In this document: positions 22,426 through 32,143 of the stretch, one piece after another
Numbering within the stretch: position 1 is the stretch's first letter
How the letters are laid out: every line of letters begins with the position of its first letter
From: Alphaproteobacteria bacterium
Lineage (GTDB): Bacteria > Pseudomonadota > Alphaproteobacteria > Bin95
Direction: 5' to 3'
NCBI GenBank assembly: GCA_964291285.2
Contig: OZ219786.1
Span: 1,280,001-1,344,000, forward strand
DNA length: 64,000 bases
Notes under the pieces: model-generated
Databases searched by the model: none
What the model saw: the letters and a program-made list of their open reading frames with translations, nothing else
What the model was told of the DNA's origin: nothing
Translations under genes and position numbers: made by a program

Positions 22426-23346
22426 ATGGCCGGGAGCGAAACACCCGCCGGCGCCGATGCTGCCCGGCCGGCGGAAGACGGCTACAATTTCGCCTATCTC
22501 GACGAGCAGACCAAGCGGATGATCCGCCGGGCGATCCTCAAGGCCGTCGCCATTCCGGGATACCAGGTGCCCTTCGGCAGCCGCGAAATGCCGCTTCCCT
22601 TTGGCTGGGGCACGGGCGGCATCCAGATCACGGCCAGCATCATCGGGGTGGACGACACGCTCAAGGTCATCGACCAGGGCGCCGACGACACGGTGAACGC
22701 GGTCAGCATCCGCAAGTTCTTCGCGCGGACGGCCGGCGTCGGGACCACGGAGCGGACGGAGGCCGCCACCATCGTCCAGACCCGGCACCGGATACCGGAA
22801 ACGCCGCTCGGGGCGGGCCAGATCCTCGTTTACCAGGTGCCCATCCCGGAGCCGCTGCGCTGGCTGGAACCCAGGGAGGCGGAGACGCGCAAGATGCACG
22901 CGCTCGAGGAATACGGCGTCATGCATGTCCGCCTCTATGAGGACATTGCGCGGTTCGGGCATATCGCCACCTCCTACGACTATCCGGTGCGGGTGAACGG
23001 CCGCTACCTGATGCGGCCCTCGCCCATTCCGAAGTTCGACAATCCGAAGATGGACCGCTCGCCGGCGCTGCAACTGTTCGGCGCGGGCCGCGAGAAACGC
23101 ATCTACGCCATCCCTCCGCATACCGGGGTGCGGAGCCTCGATTTCGACGACCACCCGTTCGAGGTCCAGAAATGGGAGGATGTGTGCGCGCTTTGCGGGT
23201 CGGGCGAGAGTTTCCTCGACGAGATCGTCACCGACGACCGGGGCGGGCGCATGTTCGTGTGCTCGGACACGGACTATTGCGCCAGGCGCCGCGAAGCCGG
23301 ACACACCGGCCCAGCCACGCGGGACCTGAAAGGGAGCGGGGCGTAG
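22426..23346 (+). CDS. phnJ: C-P lyase radical SAM subunit PhnJ
   Basis: YNFAYLDEQTKR, GWGTGG, CALC...CSDTDYC. Confidence 0.97.
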   Translation: MAGSETPAGADAARPAEDGYNFAYLDEQTKRMIRRAILKAVAIPGYQVPFGSREMPLPFGWGTGGIQITASIIGVDDTLKVIDQGADDTVNAVSIRKFFARTAGVGTTERTEAATIVQTRHRIPETPLGAGQILVYQVPIPEPLRWLEPREAETRKMHALEEYGVMHVRLYEDIARFGHIATSYDYPVRVNGRYLMRPSPIPKFDNPKMDRSPALQLFGAGREKRIYAIPPHTGVRSLDFDDHPFEVQKWEDVCALCGSGESFLDEIVTDDRGGRMFVCSDTDYCARRREAGHTGPATRDLKGSGA

Positions 23347-23434
23347 TGTCGTCTCTGCGCGCACCCTCCGCCATGCCCGGAACAAGTCCATTGTTGTCCG
23401 GTTGCCGTCGGCTTCGCATCGCACGGCCCACAAC

Positions 23435-23564
23435 CGTCACCCCGGACTTGTTCCGGGGTCCATCCCTGACCGTTTGCGCCTGCCGCCGCCGGTGGAGGGC
23501 AGGCCCAACCGCCGAGACTGCCGCGAGAACCGGGGCTGGACCCCGGATCAAGTCCGGGGTGACG
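23435..23564. repeat. REP doublet (inverted pair of palindromes) between phnJ and phnK
   Basis: CGTCACCCCGGACTTGTTCCGGGGTCCA (23435-23462) and TGGACCCCGGATCAAGTCCGGGGTGACG (23537-23564), 27/28 inverted match. Confidence 0.88.
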
Positions 23565-23581
23565 AAGAGGGGCGTCCGGGC

Positions 23582-24382
23582 ATGACGGGGAGAGGGCACG
23601 ACGGGATGGATATACCGCCGCTCCTCTCCGCCCGGGCCGTGACGAAATTCTATGGCGGCATTCCCGGCTGCCGCGATGTGTCGTTCGACATCTGGCCGGG
23701 CGAGGTTCTGGGCATTGTCGGCGAGTCCGGCTCCGGCAAGACGACGGTGCTGAACTGCATTTCCGCCCGTCTCGAACCCACTTCGGGAACGGTCGAATAT
23801 GCGACGAGGCATGACGGCCCGGCCGACATTTACCGCATCAGCGAGCCGGTCCGGCGCCTGCTCATGCGCACCGACTGGGGCTTCGTCCACCAGAACCCGC
23901 GCGACGGGCTGCGCATGGAGGTCAGCGCAGGCGCCAATATCGGCGAGCGCCTGATGGCCGTCGGCGCGCGCCATTACGGCAATATCCGGCGGACCGCCAC
24001 CGACTGGCTCGACAAGGTCGAGATGGATACGGGGCGCATGGACGACCTGCCCTTCACCTTCTCGGGCGGCATGCAGCAGCGCCTCCAGATTGCGCGCAAC
24101 CTTGTGACCGCGCCGCGCATCGTGTTCATGGACGAGCCTACGGGCGGGCTCGACGTATCCGTCCAGGCGCGGCTGCTCGACCTTCTGCGCGGCCTGGTCT
24201 CGGACCTCGGGCTGGCGGCCGTCATCGTCACGCACGATCTGGCCGTCGCGCGGCTGCTGTCGCACCGCCTGCTCGTCATGCGCCGGGGCGAGATCGTGGA
24301 AGCCGGGCTGACGGACCAGGTGCTGGACGACCCGCAGCATCCCTACTCGCAACTCCTCGTGTCTTCGGTGCTCCATCCGTGA
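23582..24382 (+). CDS. phnK: C-P lyase ABC ATPase PhnK
   Basis: GESGSGKTT, RTDWGFVHQNPRDGL, FSGGMQQRLQIA; start could be 23606. Confidence 0.95.
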   Translation: MTGRGHDGMDIPPLLSARAVTKFYGGIPGCRDVSFDIWPGEVLGIVGESGSGKTTVLNCISARLEPTSGTVEYATRHDGPADIYRISEPVRRLLMRTDWGFVHQNPRDGLRMEVSAGANIGERLMAVGARHYGNIRRTATDWLDKVEMDTGRMDDLPFTFSGGMQQRLQIARNLVTAPRIVFMDEPTGGLDVSVQARLLDLLRGLVSDLGLAAVIVTHDLAVARLLSHRLLVMRRGEIVEAGLTDQVLDDPQHPYSQLLVSSVLHP

Positions 24383-24404
24383 AAGAGAAAGGCGGCACAT
24401 CCTG

Positions 24405-25100
24405 ATGGCGGCGATCCGGATAGAGGGCCTGGCGAAGTCCTTCACCCTGCACAACCAGGGGGGCGTGCGCCTTTCCGTGCTGGCGGGCTTCGACCTCGCT
24501 GTGGAGGCGGGCGAGTGCGTGGCGCTTCACGGTCCCTCGGGAATCGGCAAGAGCACGGTGCTCCGTTGCCTGTACGGAAACTACCGGGCCGATGGCGGGC
24601 GCATCCTTGTCAGCCATCGGGGCGGGACCATGGACATGGCGGCGGCGCATCCGCGCGAAATCCTCGCCGTGCGCAATGAGACCCTCGGCTATGTCAGCCA
24701 GTTCCTGCGCGTGATTCCGCGCGTCGCGGCGGAAGACGTGGTCGCCGAAACCCTGCGCAACCGCGGAGCCGACCGGGAGCACGCAACGGATGCGGCGCGC
24801 GCCATGCTGCGGCGCCTCAACATTCCGGCCGCGCTGCACCGGCTGGCGCCGGCCACCTTCTCGGGCGGCGAACAGCAGCGGGTCAATCTCGCGCGCGTCT
24901 TCGTTGCCGACTATCCCGTGCTGCTGCTGGACGAGCCGACCGCGTCGCTCGACAGGGAAAACCGGGAGGCCGCGATCGGCCTGATCCGCGAGGCAGCCGG
25001 CCGGGGCGCGGCGATTGTCGGGATTTTCCACGATTCCGGCGTGCGGGATGCAGTGGCCACACGCACGGTTCCGCTCACCGCTGCAAGGGAGGCGGCGTGA
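24405..25100 (+). CDS. phnL: C-P lyase ABC ATPase PhnL
   Basis: KSFTLHNQGG, GPSGIGKS, YVSQFLRVIPR, FSGGEQQR, GIFHD. Confidence 0.95.
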   Translation: MAAIRIEGLAKSFTLHNQGGVRLSVLAGFDLAVEAGECVALHGPSGIGKSTVLRCLYGNYRADGGRILVSHRGGTMDMAAAHPREILAVRNETLGYVSQFLRVIPRVAAEDVVAETLRNRGADREHATDAARAMLRRLNIPAALHRLAPATFSGGEQQRVNLARVFVADYPVLLLDEPTASLDRENREAAIGLIREAAGRGAAIVGIFHDSGVRDAVATRTVPLTAAREAA

Positions 25101-26236
25101 TGCCGGACCTCACGGTTACCAATGCCCGGATCGTGACGTGCGACGACGTCGTTTCCGGCACGGTTGCAGTGTCGGACGGCCGGTTCTCGGACATCGGTGA
25201 GGGGTCCGTCCGCTCCGGCGCGGCGCTGGACTTCGAAGGCGACTACCTGCTGCCGGGCCTCGTCGAGCTCCACACCGACAATCTGGAACGCCAGTTCACC
25301 CCGCGCCCCGGCGTCGAGTGGCCGGCGGAGGCGGCGGTGCTGGCCCATGACAGCCAGCTCGCCGCCGCCGGAATCACGACGGCGCTCGATACCGTGCGGA
25401 TCGGCGGCGGCGACAAGGCCCGCCCGGACCATCTCTCGGGCATGGCGGATGCCGTAAAGGGGGCGATGCGGTGGGGCGTGCTCCGCGCGGAGCATTTCCT
25501 GCACCTGCGCTGCGAGGTCTCCAGCCCGGACCTGATGGAGCGCTTCTCGCCTTTCATGGACGACCCTCTGGTCCGGCTGGTCTCGCTGATGGACCACACG
25601 CCGGGGCAGCGGCAGTTCGTCGATCTCGGCAAGCACCGCGAATATTACCAGGGCCGCTACGGCCTGAGCGACGCCGAGATGGACGACTATGTGAAGGCCA
25701 AGCAGCATGCGCAGCAGCGGTTCAGCGCCCGCCACCGCGCGATGGTCGTCAGGGCGCTGGAGGGCCGGAACATCGCCCTGGCCAGCCATGACGACGCGAC
25801 CGTCGAGCATGTCGAGGAGTCGGTGCGCGACGGCGTCGCGATCGCCGAATTCCCGACCACGGCGGAAGCAGCCGGGGCGGCCCGGAAAAACGGTCTCGCC
25901 GTATTGATGGGCGCGCCCAACCTCGTGCTCGGCGGCTCGCATTCGGGCAATGCCTCGGCTCTCGACCTGGCGGCTTCGGGACTGCTGGACATGCTGTCGT
26001 CCGACTATGTGCCGTCGAGCACCCTCCAGGGCGTGTTCCTGCTGCGCGGCGGCATCCCGGAGATGACGCTGCCGCAGGCCGTGGCGATAGCGGCGGCCAA
26101 TCCCGCGCGGGCGGTCGGGCTGGAGGACCGGGGCGAGATCGCCGCCGGCAAGCGGGCGGACTTCGTCCGCGTCAGGGAAATCGAGGGCGTCGCGGTCGTG
26201 TGCGGCACATGGCGCGAAGGGCATCGGGTCGTTTAG
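25097..26236 (+). CDS. phnM: alpha-D-ribose 1-methylphosphonate 5-triphosphate diphosphatase
   Basis: PGLVELHTDNLE, MDHTPGQRQF, ASHDD, GGSHSGN, SSDYVP. Confidence 0.96.
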   Translation: MMPDLTVTNARIVTCDDVVSGTVAVSDGRFSDIGEGSVRSGAALDFEGDYLLPGLVELHTDNLERQFTPRPGVEWPAEAAVLAHDSQLAAAGITTALDTVRIGGGDKARPDHLSGMADAVKGAMRWGVLRAEHFLHLRCEVSSPDLMERFSPFMDDPLVRLVSLMDHTPGQRQFVDLGKHREYYQGRYGLSDAEMDDYVKAKQHAQQRFSARHRAMVVRALEGRNIALASHDDATVEHVEESVRDGVAIAEFPTTAEAAGAARKNGLAVLMGAPNLVLGGSHSGNASALDLAASGLLDMLSSDYVPSSTLQGVFLLRGGIPEMTLPQAVAIAAANPARAVGLEDRGEIAAGKRADFVRVREIEGVAVVCGTWREGHRVV

Positions 26237-26253
26237 GCGGGAGCGAGGGGACC

Positions 26254-26799
26254 ATGTCGGCAGCGGACCGGATTCTGGAAATCCTGGAGACGAGCGGCGC
26301 GGAGCAGTATGGCGACGAGGCCGTCAGCCAGCTTCAGCACGCGCTGCAATGCGCGCATCTTGCGGAATGCTCCGGCGCGTCCGGTTCGCTTGTGGTCGCC
26401 GCGCTGCTGCACGATTTCGGCCACCTGATCCACAAGCTCGGCGAGGACGCCGCCCGGCGGGGGATCGACGACCGGCACGAGGCGCTGGGGCGCAAATATC
26501 TGGCCCGCTGGTTCGACGAGGACGTGACCGCGCCGGTCGGCATGCATGTCGATGCCAAGCGCTGGCTCTGCGCGACCGACCCCGCCTATTTCGACAGCTT
26601 GTCGCCGGCCTCGGTGCGGAGCCTGGAACTGCAGGGCGGCCCCTTCACGGAAGCCGGGGCGGCCGCATTCATCGCGCAGCCTTACGCGCAGGATGCGCTC
26701 GCCGTCAGGCGCTGGGACGAGCAGGCCAAGGACCCCGGGGCCGTAACGCCCGGCCTCGAGCGCTACCGCTCCCATATCGAAGCCGCGATCCGGAATTGA
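26254..26799 (+). CDS. PhnZ-like HD-domain diiron phosphonate oxygenase
   Basis: YGDEAVSQLQHALQ, ALLHDFGH, RHE, HVDAKR, SLELQGG, RRWDEQAK. Confidence 0.82.
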   Translation: MSAADRILEILETSGAEQYGDEAVSQLQHALQCAHLAECSGASGSLVVAALLHDFGHLIHKLGEDAARRGIDDRHEALGRKYLARWFDEDVTAPVGMHVDAKRWLCATDPAYFDSLSPASVRSLELQGGPFTEAGAAAFIAQPYAQDALAVRRWDEQAKDPGAVTPGLERYRSHIEAAIRN

Positions 26800-27350
26800 C
26801 CGGCGGCTGCCTTGTGCTCGTCGTCGGCCCGAGCGGGGCCGGCAAGGACACGCTGCTCCGGCGGGCCGCGGCCGAACTGAGGCCGGACGCGCGGTTCTGC
26901 TTCCCCCGGCGCTGCATCACGCGGCCCGCCGGAGACCCGCACGAGGACCATGTCGCGCTGACGGAGGCGGAATTCCGCGCACGCGAGCGGGCCGGCGAAT
27001 TCGCGCTCGCCTGGCGCGCGCACGGCCTCAGCTACGCCCTGCCCGGAACGGTCGGCAGCCTCGTCGCGGAGGGCCGCGTCGTTGCGGCCAATGTGTCGCG
27101 AAGCGTCATCGCCGAGGCCCGGAGCCGGTTCACGCGCGTTGGCGTCATCCAGGTGACGGCAAGCGGGGAGACGCTCGCGCTTCGCCTCGGCGACAGGGGC
27201 CGCGAGTCCGCGGAGGAGCGCGCCCGCCGCCTCGCGCGGCCGGCCCCGGCTTTTCCCGAAGGCCCCGATGTCCGCACGCTCGTCAATGACGGCCCGCTGG
27301 ACACTTCGGCCGCAGCGTTCGTCAGCCTGCTCCGCTCCTTCGCGAAGTAG
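26796..27350 (+). CDS. phnN: ribose 1,5-bisphosphokinase
   Basis: VVGPSGAGKDTL, RRCITRP, WRAHGLSYA, NVSR, RGRES; TTG start. Confidence 0.92.
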   Translation: MTGGCLVLVVGPSGAGKDTLLRRAAAELRPDARFCFPRRCITRPAGDPHEDHVALTEAEFRARERAGEFALAWRAHGLSYALPGTVGSLVAEGRVVAANVSRSVIAEARSRFTRVGVIQVTASGETLALRLGDRGRESAEERARRLARPAPAFPEGPDVRTLVNDGPLDTSAAAFVSLLRSFAK

Positions 27351-28713
27351 AACCGGAGGCGGTCCTCCCGTGGATGAGGCGGCGGCGGATGAAGCCGGAG
27401 AGACTGTCCATCGCGATGACCAGGACCACGGTGAGCACGATGATGTAGAGCGTGTTCTCCCAGTCGCGGGAAGTGCGCATCGTCTCCACCAGCAGCAGGC
27501 CGATCCCGCCTGCGCCGAGCGCGCCGATCACCGTCGCCGAGCGCGTGTTCGACTCGAGGTAGTAGAGCGCCTGCGACATGAATATCGGCAGGATCTGCGG
27601 AATGACCCCGAAGCGGTACACCTGAAGCCTGTTGCCGCCGGTCGATTTCACGCCTTCGACCTGCTTCTCGTCGACATTCTCCAGCGCTTCGGAAAACAGC
27701 TTGCCGAGCGTGCCGGTGTCGGTGAAGGCGATGGCAAGCGCGCCTGTGAGCGGGCCGAGCCCGAAGGAGCGGATGAAGATCAGCGACCAGATCAGCATGT
27801 CGATCCCGCGCAGGAAATCGAACAGGCGCCGGATGACGAACCGGGCGGTCTGCGAGGGCGTGAAATTCCGGGCGGCGAGCACGGCCAGCGGCATGGCGAC
27901 AAGCGCCGCCGTCAGCGTGCCCAGGACAGCCATCAGCAGCGTTTCCAGCAGGGCCTTGAAGACATTGCCGTGCTGCCAGTCCGGGTTCGTCCAGAAAGTG
28001 TCGAAGACATAACGCCAGTTCGCCATGTCCTCCCTCAGGCGCGGGCCGCCCGCCACCAGCGACGCCAGCTCGCCCGCCGAGTAACGGTTGAGCTCGGAGT
28101 CGAAGGGGAAGAAGAAGTTCTCCCAGCCGAAGAAGAAACGGTGGACCTCGATGCGCGCCCGCGAAACCTGCACCCGGCGCCCGAGCGTCGGCCGGGCGTC
28201 GAATTTCGTGCGTGTCGCGCGGAGCCAGGACGGCGGCGGCCCTTCCCTGGGCAACCTGGTGACGACGCCCTCGCCTGCGGCCTCGACCGCTACCGTGCCG
28301 TAACCGGGCACCGTCAGCCGCAGGACCCGGCCTGCGATGTCCGCGCTGTAGCCTTCGCCGAGATCGACGCTGACGGCATCGGCCGAGCGTTCGATCCAGT
28401 CCGGCGGCGTCCGGTAGGTCGCCGTTCGTTCGCCCTCGACGGCAATCGAGGTTTTTCCGCTGCGCAGCGATTTCGTGACATGGACCTTGTGCGCCACCGA
28501 GTCGATGGCGAGCAGAACGGCGCGCTGCGGCTGCGCGCCGGCGATGAGGCCCGAGACATCGAACGCGCCCCACGCATAGGCGAGATAGGCCAGCACGCCG
28601 AGCAGGATGGCGCCATTGCGCAGCGCCCTCGCGCGCACGCCGGCGAAGGCCGCCCGGTGGCGCCGGCGAAGCGCGAGGGCGGATTGACGCGCCATGACGC
28701 CCGCCTCCGCCAT
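27322..28713 (-). CDS. phnE: phosphonate ABC permease, long form
   Basis: RGIDMLIWSLIF, GKLFSEALEN, ESNTRSATVIG; large periplasmic insert. Confidence 0.92.
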   Translation of the reverse strand: MAEAGVMARQSALALRRRHRAAFAGVRARALRNGAILLGVLAYLAYAWGAFDVSGLIAGAQPQRAVLLAIDSVAHKVHVTKSLRSGKTSIAVEGERTATYRTPPDWIERSADAVSVDLGEGYSADIAGRVLRLTVPGYGTVAVEAAGEGVVTRLPREGPPPSWLRATRTKFDARPTLGRRVQVSRARIEVHRFFFGWENFFFPFDSELNRYSAGELASLVAGGPRLREDMANWRYVFDTFWTNPDWQHGNVFKALLETLLMAVLGTLTAALVAMPLAVLAARNFTPSQTARFVIRRLFDFLRGIDMLIWSLIFIRSFGLGPLTGALAIAFTDTGTLGKLFSEALENVDEKQVEGVKSTGGNRLQVYRFGVIPQILPIFMSQALYYLESNTRSATVIGALGAGGIGLLLVETMRTSRDWENTLYIIVLTVVLVIAMDSLSGFIRRRLIHGRTASGSTSRRSGAG

Positions 28714-29562
28714 TCAGGTCGCGCTCCCTTCGGTAATCCTGCGTCTCAGCCAGGACGAAGCCTGGTCGATGGCGAAGATCGAGAGGATCAGCAGCAGGAA
28801 CAGCGCCGCGGTTTCGTCGCCGGAGCCCTTGCCCCAGCCGATGGTGCGGCGCATCTCCGCCCCGATGCCGCCCGCGCCGACGAAGCCGAGAATGGCCGAG
28901 GCCCGCACATTGATCTCGAAGCGCAGCATGAAATAGCTGAGATAGTTGGGCAGGACCTGGGGCCACACGGCGAAGCGCATGCGCTGCAGCCAGTTCGCGC
29001 CGCAGGCCTGCAGCCCTTCCACCGCCTTCCGGTCCACGTTCTCGTTCACTTCCGAAAACTGCTTGCCGAGCGCGCCGGCGGTGTGGAAGGCCACCGCGAT
29101 CATGGCCGGAACCGGGCTCGTGCCGAGGACGAAAATCAGGAACAGCGCGATGATGAGCTCCGGGAAGGCGCGCATCGCGTCCATCGTGCGGCGCGCGACC
29201 GGAACGAGAGCCGGCCGGACGCCGAGGCCGGCGGTGCCGAGGAAGGCGAAGGCCGTGGCGGCGACGCCGCCCAGGATGGTTGCGACGGCGGCGATATTCA
29301 GGGTCTCGACAAGGGCGGGCAGGAACCGGACGAGAAGGCCTGGAAACTCGCTTCCCGCCGCCCAGGCTTCGAGGACGATCTCTCCCGGATAGTCGAAGAA
29401 CTTCGCCAGCCCCTGCAGGAACCCGCCGGAATTCATGGCGTTGGCCTGCCCGTATCCGGCCGCGAGAAGCGTTACCACAATCGCGGCAAGGGCGGCGGAA
29501 TAGAGCTTGCGCCGCCCTTCGATCCGGGAAATCTCCGGGGCCAGCCCGGCAACGCCTGTCAT
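28714..29562 (-). CDS. phnE: phosphonate ABC permease
   Basis: RAFPELIIAL, GKQFSEVNEN, FEINVRASAILGFVGAGGIG. Confidence 0.93.
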   Translation of the reverse strand: MTGVAGLAPEISRIEGRRKLYSAALAAIVVTLLAAGYGQANAMNSGGFLQGLAKFFDYPGEIVLEAWAAGSEFPGLLVRFLPALVETLNIAAVATILGGVAATAFAFLGTAGLGVRPALVPVARRTMDAMRAFPELIIALFLIFVLGTSPVPAMIAVAFHTAGALGKQFSEVNENVDRKAVEGLQACGANWLQRMRFAVWPQVLPNYLSYFMLRFEINVRASAILGFVGAGGIGAEMRRTIGWGKGSGDETAALFLLLILSIFAIDQASSWLRRRITEGSAT

Positions 29563-29638
29563 GGTCCCGGATCCGGGCGCCGGCGCGAAAGGGCGGCCCC
29601 GCCTTTGCAGGGCCGCCCGATCCCGTGCCGCGAAGCCG

Positions 29639-30547
29639 TCAGGAGGACTTGCGCCGGCGCGCCTCGACGATGACCTCGTAGTCGGCATGGTCGATGGGCG
29701 CGATGGCCCTGATCTCGCCGGCCATGAAGCCGTAGGCGCATTCCGCGTCCATGGAAGGCAGGCTCGCCAGCATGCCGACCATCTTCAGCTTGACGGCGGT
29801 CGGCAGCGTCTTGCGCAGCACGATCGGGCCTTCGGGAATGACCCTGGAGCGCCAGATCTCGCGCAGCTGGGTCATATCGACGAGGCCGGCATCGACGGCC
29901 TTGCGGAAGGCGCCGCTGTTGAAGCCGTCCTCCCAGTCGCCGAGGCCGTCCGCCCAGCTAACGCCGGCATCGATGTCGCCGTTGGACACGGCGATGATCG
30001 TCTGCTCATGGCCGCCCGTGAACACGACGTCGCCGAAATACTTGCCGGGCGACATGTCGTAGCCCGCCTGCGGAATCTCGATCGACGGAATGAGGTAGCC
30101 CGAGGTCGAATTCGGGTCGCCGAAGCCGAACTTCCTGCCCTTCATGTCGTCCAGGCTTTCGACGTTCCGGTCGATGCGCGCGAAGCCGATGGAGTAGTAG
30201 CCGAAGGAGCCGTCGGCATTGATCTTGGTGAGCACCGGCTCGACCGCCTCGGGATCGGTCAGATAGACCTTCGCGTAGCCGGAGGCGCCGAGCCAGGCCA
30301 TGTCGAGATTGCCGCCGAGCAGGCCCTCGATCACGCCGTTATAGTCGGCGGGCGCGAACAGCTTGGTCTCGACGCCCAGCAGTTCCTCCGTCTTGGTGCG
30401 CAGGCACTCATTGCTGCGCAGCCGGTCGGAAGCATTCTCGCCTCCGAGGATGCCGATGCGGAATTCGGCGACCCTGTCTTCGGCCATGGCGCCGGTCGCG
30501 ACCATGACCGCCGCGGCGGCGGCTGCAAGATATCCGGTGAGTTTCAT
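29639..30547 (-). CDS. phnD: phosphonate ABC substrate-binding protein
   Basis: Signal peptide, GILGGEN, ADYNGVI, DPNSTSGYL, GGHEQ. Confidence 0.94.
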   Translation of the reverse strand: MKLTGYLAAAAAAVMVATGAMAEDRVAEFRIGILGGENASDRLRSNECLRTKTEELLGVETKLFAPADYNGVIEGLLGGNLDMAWLGASGYAKVYLTDPEAVEPVLTKINADGSFGYYSIGFARIDRNVESLDDMKGRKFGFGDPNSTSGYLIPSIEIPQAGYDMSPGKYFGDVVFTGGHEQTIIAVSNGDIDAGVSWADGLGDWEDGFNSGAFRKAVDAGLVDMTQLREIWRSRVIPEGPIVLRKTLPTAVKLKMVGMLASLPSMDAECAYGFMAGEIRAIAPIDHADYEVIVEARRRKSS

Positions 30548-30603
30548 CGTCCCTCTCCTCTGGTTCGGGATGGTGGAAGGTCGTTCACCCGGGCGGGTGT
30601 CTG

Positions 30604-31422
30604 TCAGGCCGGCACGGCGGCCGGCTCCCATCCGGCGTTGGCGGCGGCCGCGCCGGTGAGCGATGTCGAAGTCGCGGCCTCGTCGATCTCCCGGTCGGCG
30701 CCGTAAATGTCCCGCACGACGCGCGGCGAAAGCTCGGAGGGGCTGCCGTCGAAGACGAGCCTGCCCTGCAACATTCCGAGAATGCGGTCGCAATAGGCGC
30801 GCGCCGTGTCCAGCGTGTGGAGATTGCAGATAACCGTCAGGCGGTTCCGCTCATGGATTCCCCTGAGCGCGGTCATCACCGTCTCGGCGCTGACCGGGTC
30901 GAGCGAGGCGATGGGCTCGTCCGCCAGGACCATCTTCGGCTCCTGGGTGAGCGCGCGCGCGATGGCGACCCGCTGCTGCTGCCCGCCCGAGAGCGTCTCC
31001 GCCCGCTGCAAGGCCCGGTCGGCAATGCCGAGTTGTTCCAGCGCGGCGAGCGCACGCTCGATGCGCTCGTCCCCGAAGATGCCGAACAGGCTCTTCAGCG
31101 TGCCGTGGCCGTTGAGCCCGCCCAGCATGACGTTGGTCACGACATCGAGCCGCGGCACCAGGTTGAACTGCTGGAAGATCATGGCGCAGTCGCGCTGCCA
31201 GCGGCGCATGGCGGCGCCCTTCAGCTCAAGGACATTCCGTCCGTCCACGAGTATTTCGCCGCTCGTGGCGGGGGTCAGCCGGTTGATCGTGCGCAGCAAC
31301 GTGGATTTCCCCGCGCCCGACCGGCCGATCACCCCGATCATCAGGGGCCGGTCGACGGAGAATGAAACGTCGTTGACCGCGACCGTGCGCCCGAACGACT
31401 TGGTGAGCCTCTTGACCTGCAT
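30604..31422 (-). CDS. phnC: phosphonate ABC ATPase
   Basis: [41 protein letters not shown]. Confidence 0.94.
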   Translation of the reverse strand: MQVKRLTKSFGRTVAVNDVSFSVDRPLMIGVIGRSGAGKSTLLRTINRLTPATSGEILVDGRNVLELKGAAMRRWQRDCAMIFQQFNLVPRLDVVTNVMLGGLNGHGTLKSLFGIFGDERIERALAALEQLGIADRALQRAETLSGGQQQRVAIARALTQEPKMVLADEPIASLDPVSAETVMTALRGIHERNRLTVICNLHTLDTARAYCDRILGMLQGRLVFDGSPSELSPRVVRDIYGADREIDEAATSTSLTGAAAANAGWEPAAVPA

Positions 31423-31489
31423 GAGCTGTCCGAACGGATGGGGGTTCGGCAGGTGCTTTCACACTGCAGGCGGACTCTGGCCGTTCAAG

Positions 31490-31529
31490 CTTTCAGCTTT
31501 GCGACAGATGCATGAGGATTCGGTGACGT
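31490..31529 (-). promoter_or_regulatory. tandem Pho boxes upstream of phnC
   Basis: ACGTCAC/TCCTCAT/CTGTCGC/CTGAAAG half-sites at exact 11-bp period on the minus strand. Confidence 0.62.
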
Positions 31530-31603
31530 ATGGCGAATTGGCGCGGGCGCGGAAGCCTCGCTCCCGCGCCCGCTGCAACAGTGTCGGATTCAGGCGGCGC
31601 CGG

Positions 31604-32017
31604 CTACTCGGCGGCCTCGGCGGAGACCGGCGCCTCGACGATCCGGGTCTCGAAATTCGCCGGCGCGACGATTTCGAGGACCTCGAAGTCCTTCGAGCAG
31701 GCGATCTCGCGATGCGCGATGCCCGGGCGTTGGTTGATGCAGTCGCCCTTCTCGATGCGCCTGACACCCTGTCCTTCATATTCGAACTCGGCCCAGCCGT
31801 TCAGCACCATGACGAACTGGAACGTGCAGTCATGGACATGCCAGTGCTGCACATCGTCCTTCATTTCCTTGCCGTTCGCCTTGACGATGTGGGCTATATA
31901 GTCGCCTTTGGTCGCCGCCTTGATGCCGAGGTCCCGGTATTCGAAGATCTCGCGCAGACCTTCGGTCCAGACGGCCTCCGAAGCCTTGTTGTGTTCGAAT
32001 TCCCAGCTGTCGGTCAT
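31604..32017 (-). CDS. cupin-domain protein
   Basis: FEYRDLGI, WHVHDCTFQ, QRPGIAHRE metal-binding cupin motifs. Confidence 0.85.
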   Translation of the reverse strand: MTDSWEFEHNKASEAVWTEGLREIFEYRDLGIKAATKGDYIAHIVKANGKEMKDDVQHWHVHDCTFQFVMVLNGWAEFEYEGQGVRRIEKGDCINQRPGIAHREIACSKDFEVLEIVAPANFETRIVEAPVSAEAAE

Positions 32018-32143
32018 GGCGTCCTCCATTCCATGCTGCGGACAATCCTACAACCGGCCCGTTGAAGCGTAAATCCGGGAGGGCGCTTCGTGGTATTGAT
32101 GCACCTTCGGAGACCGCCGGCCGAAGCTCAGGGGAGACCGCCG

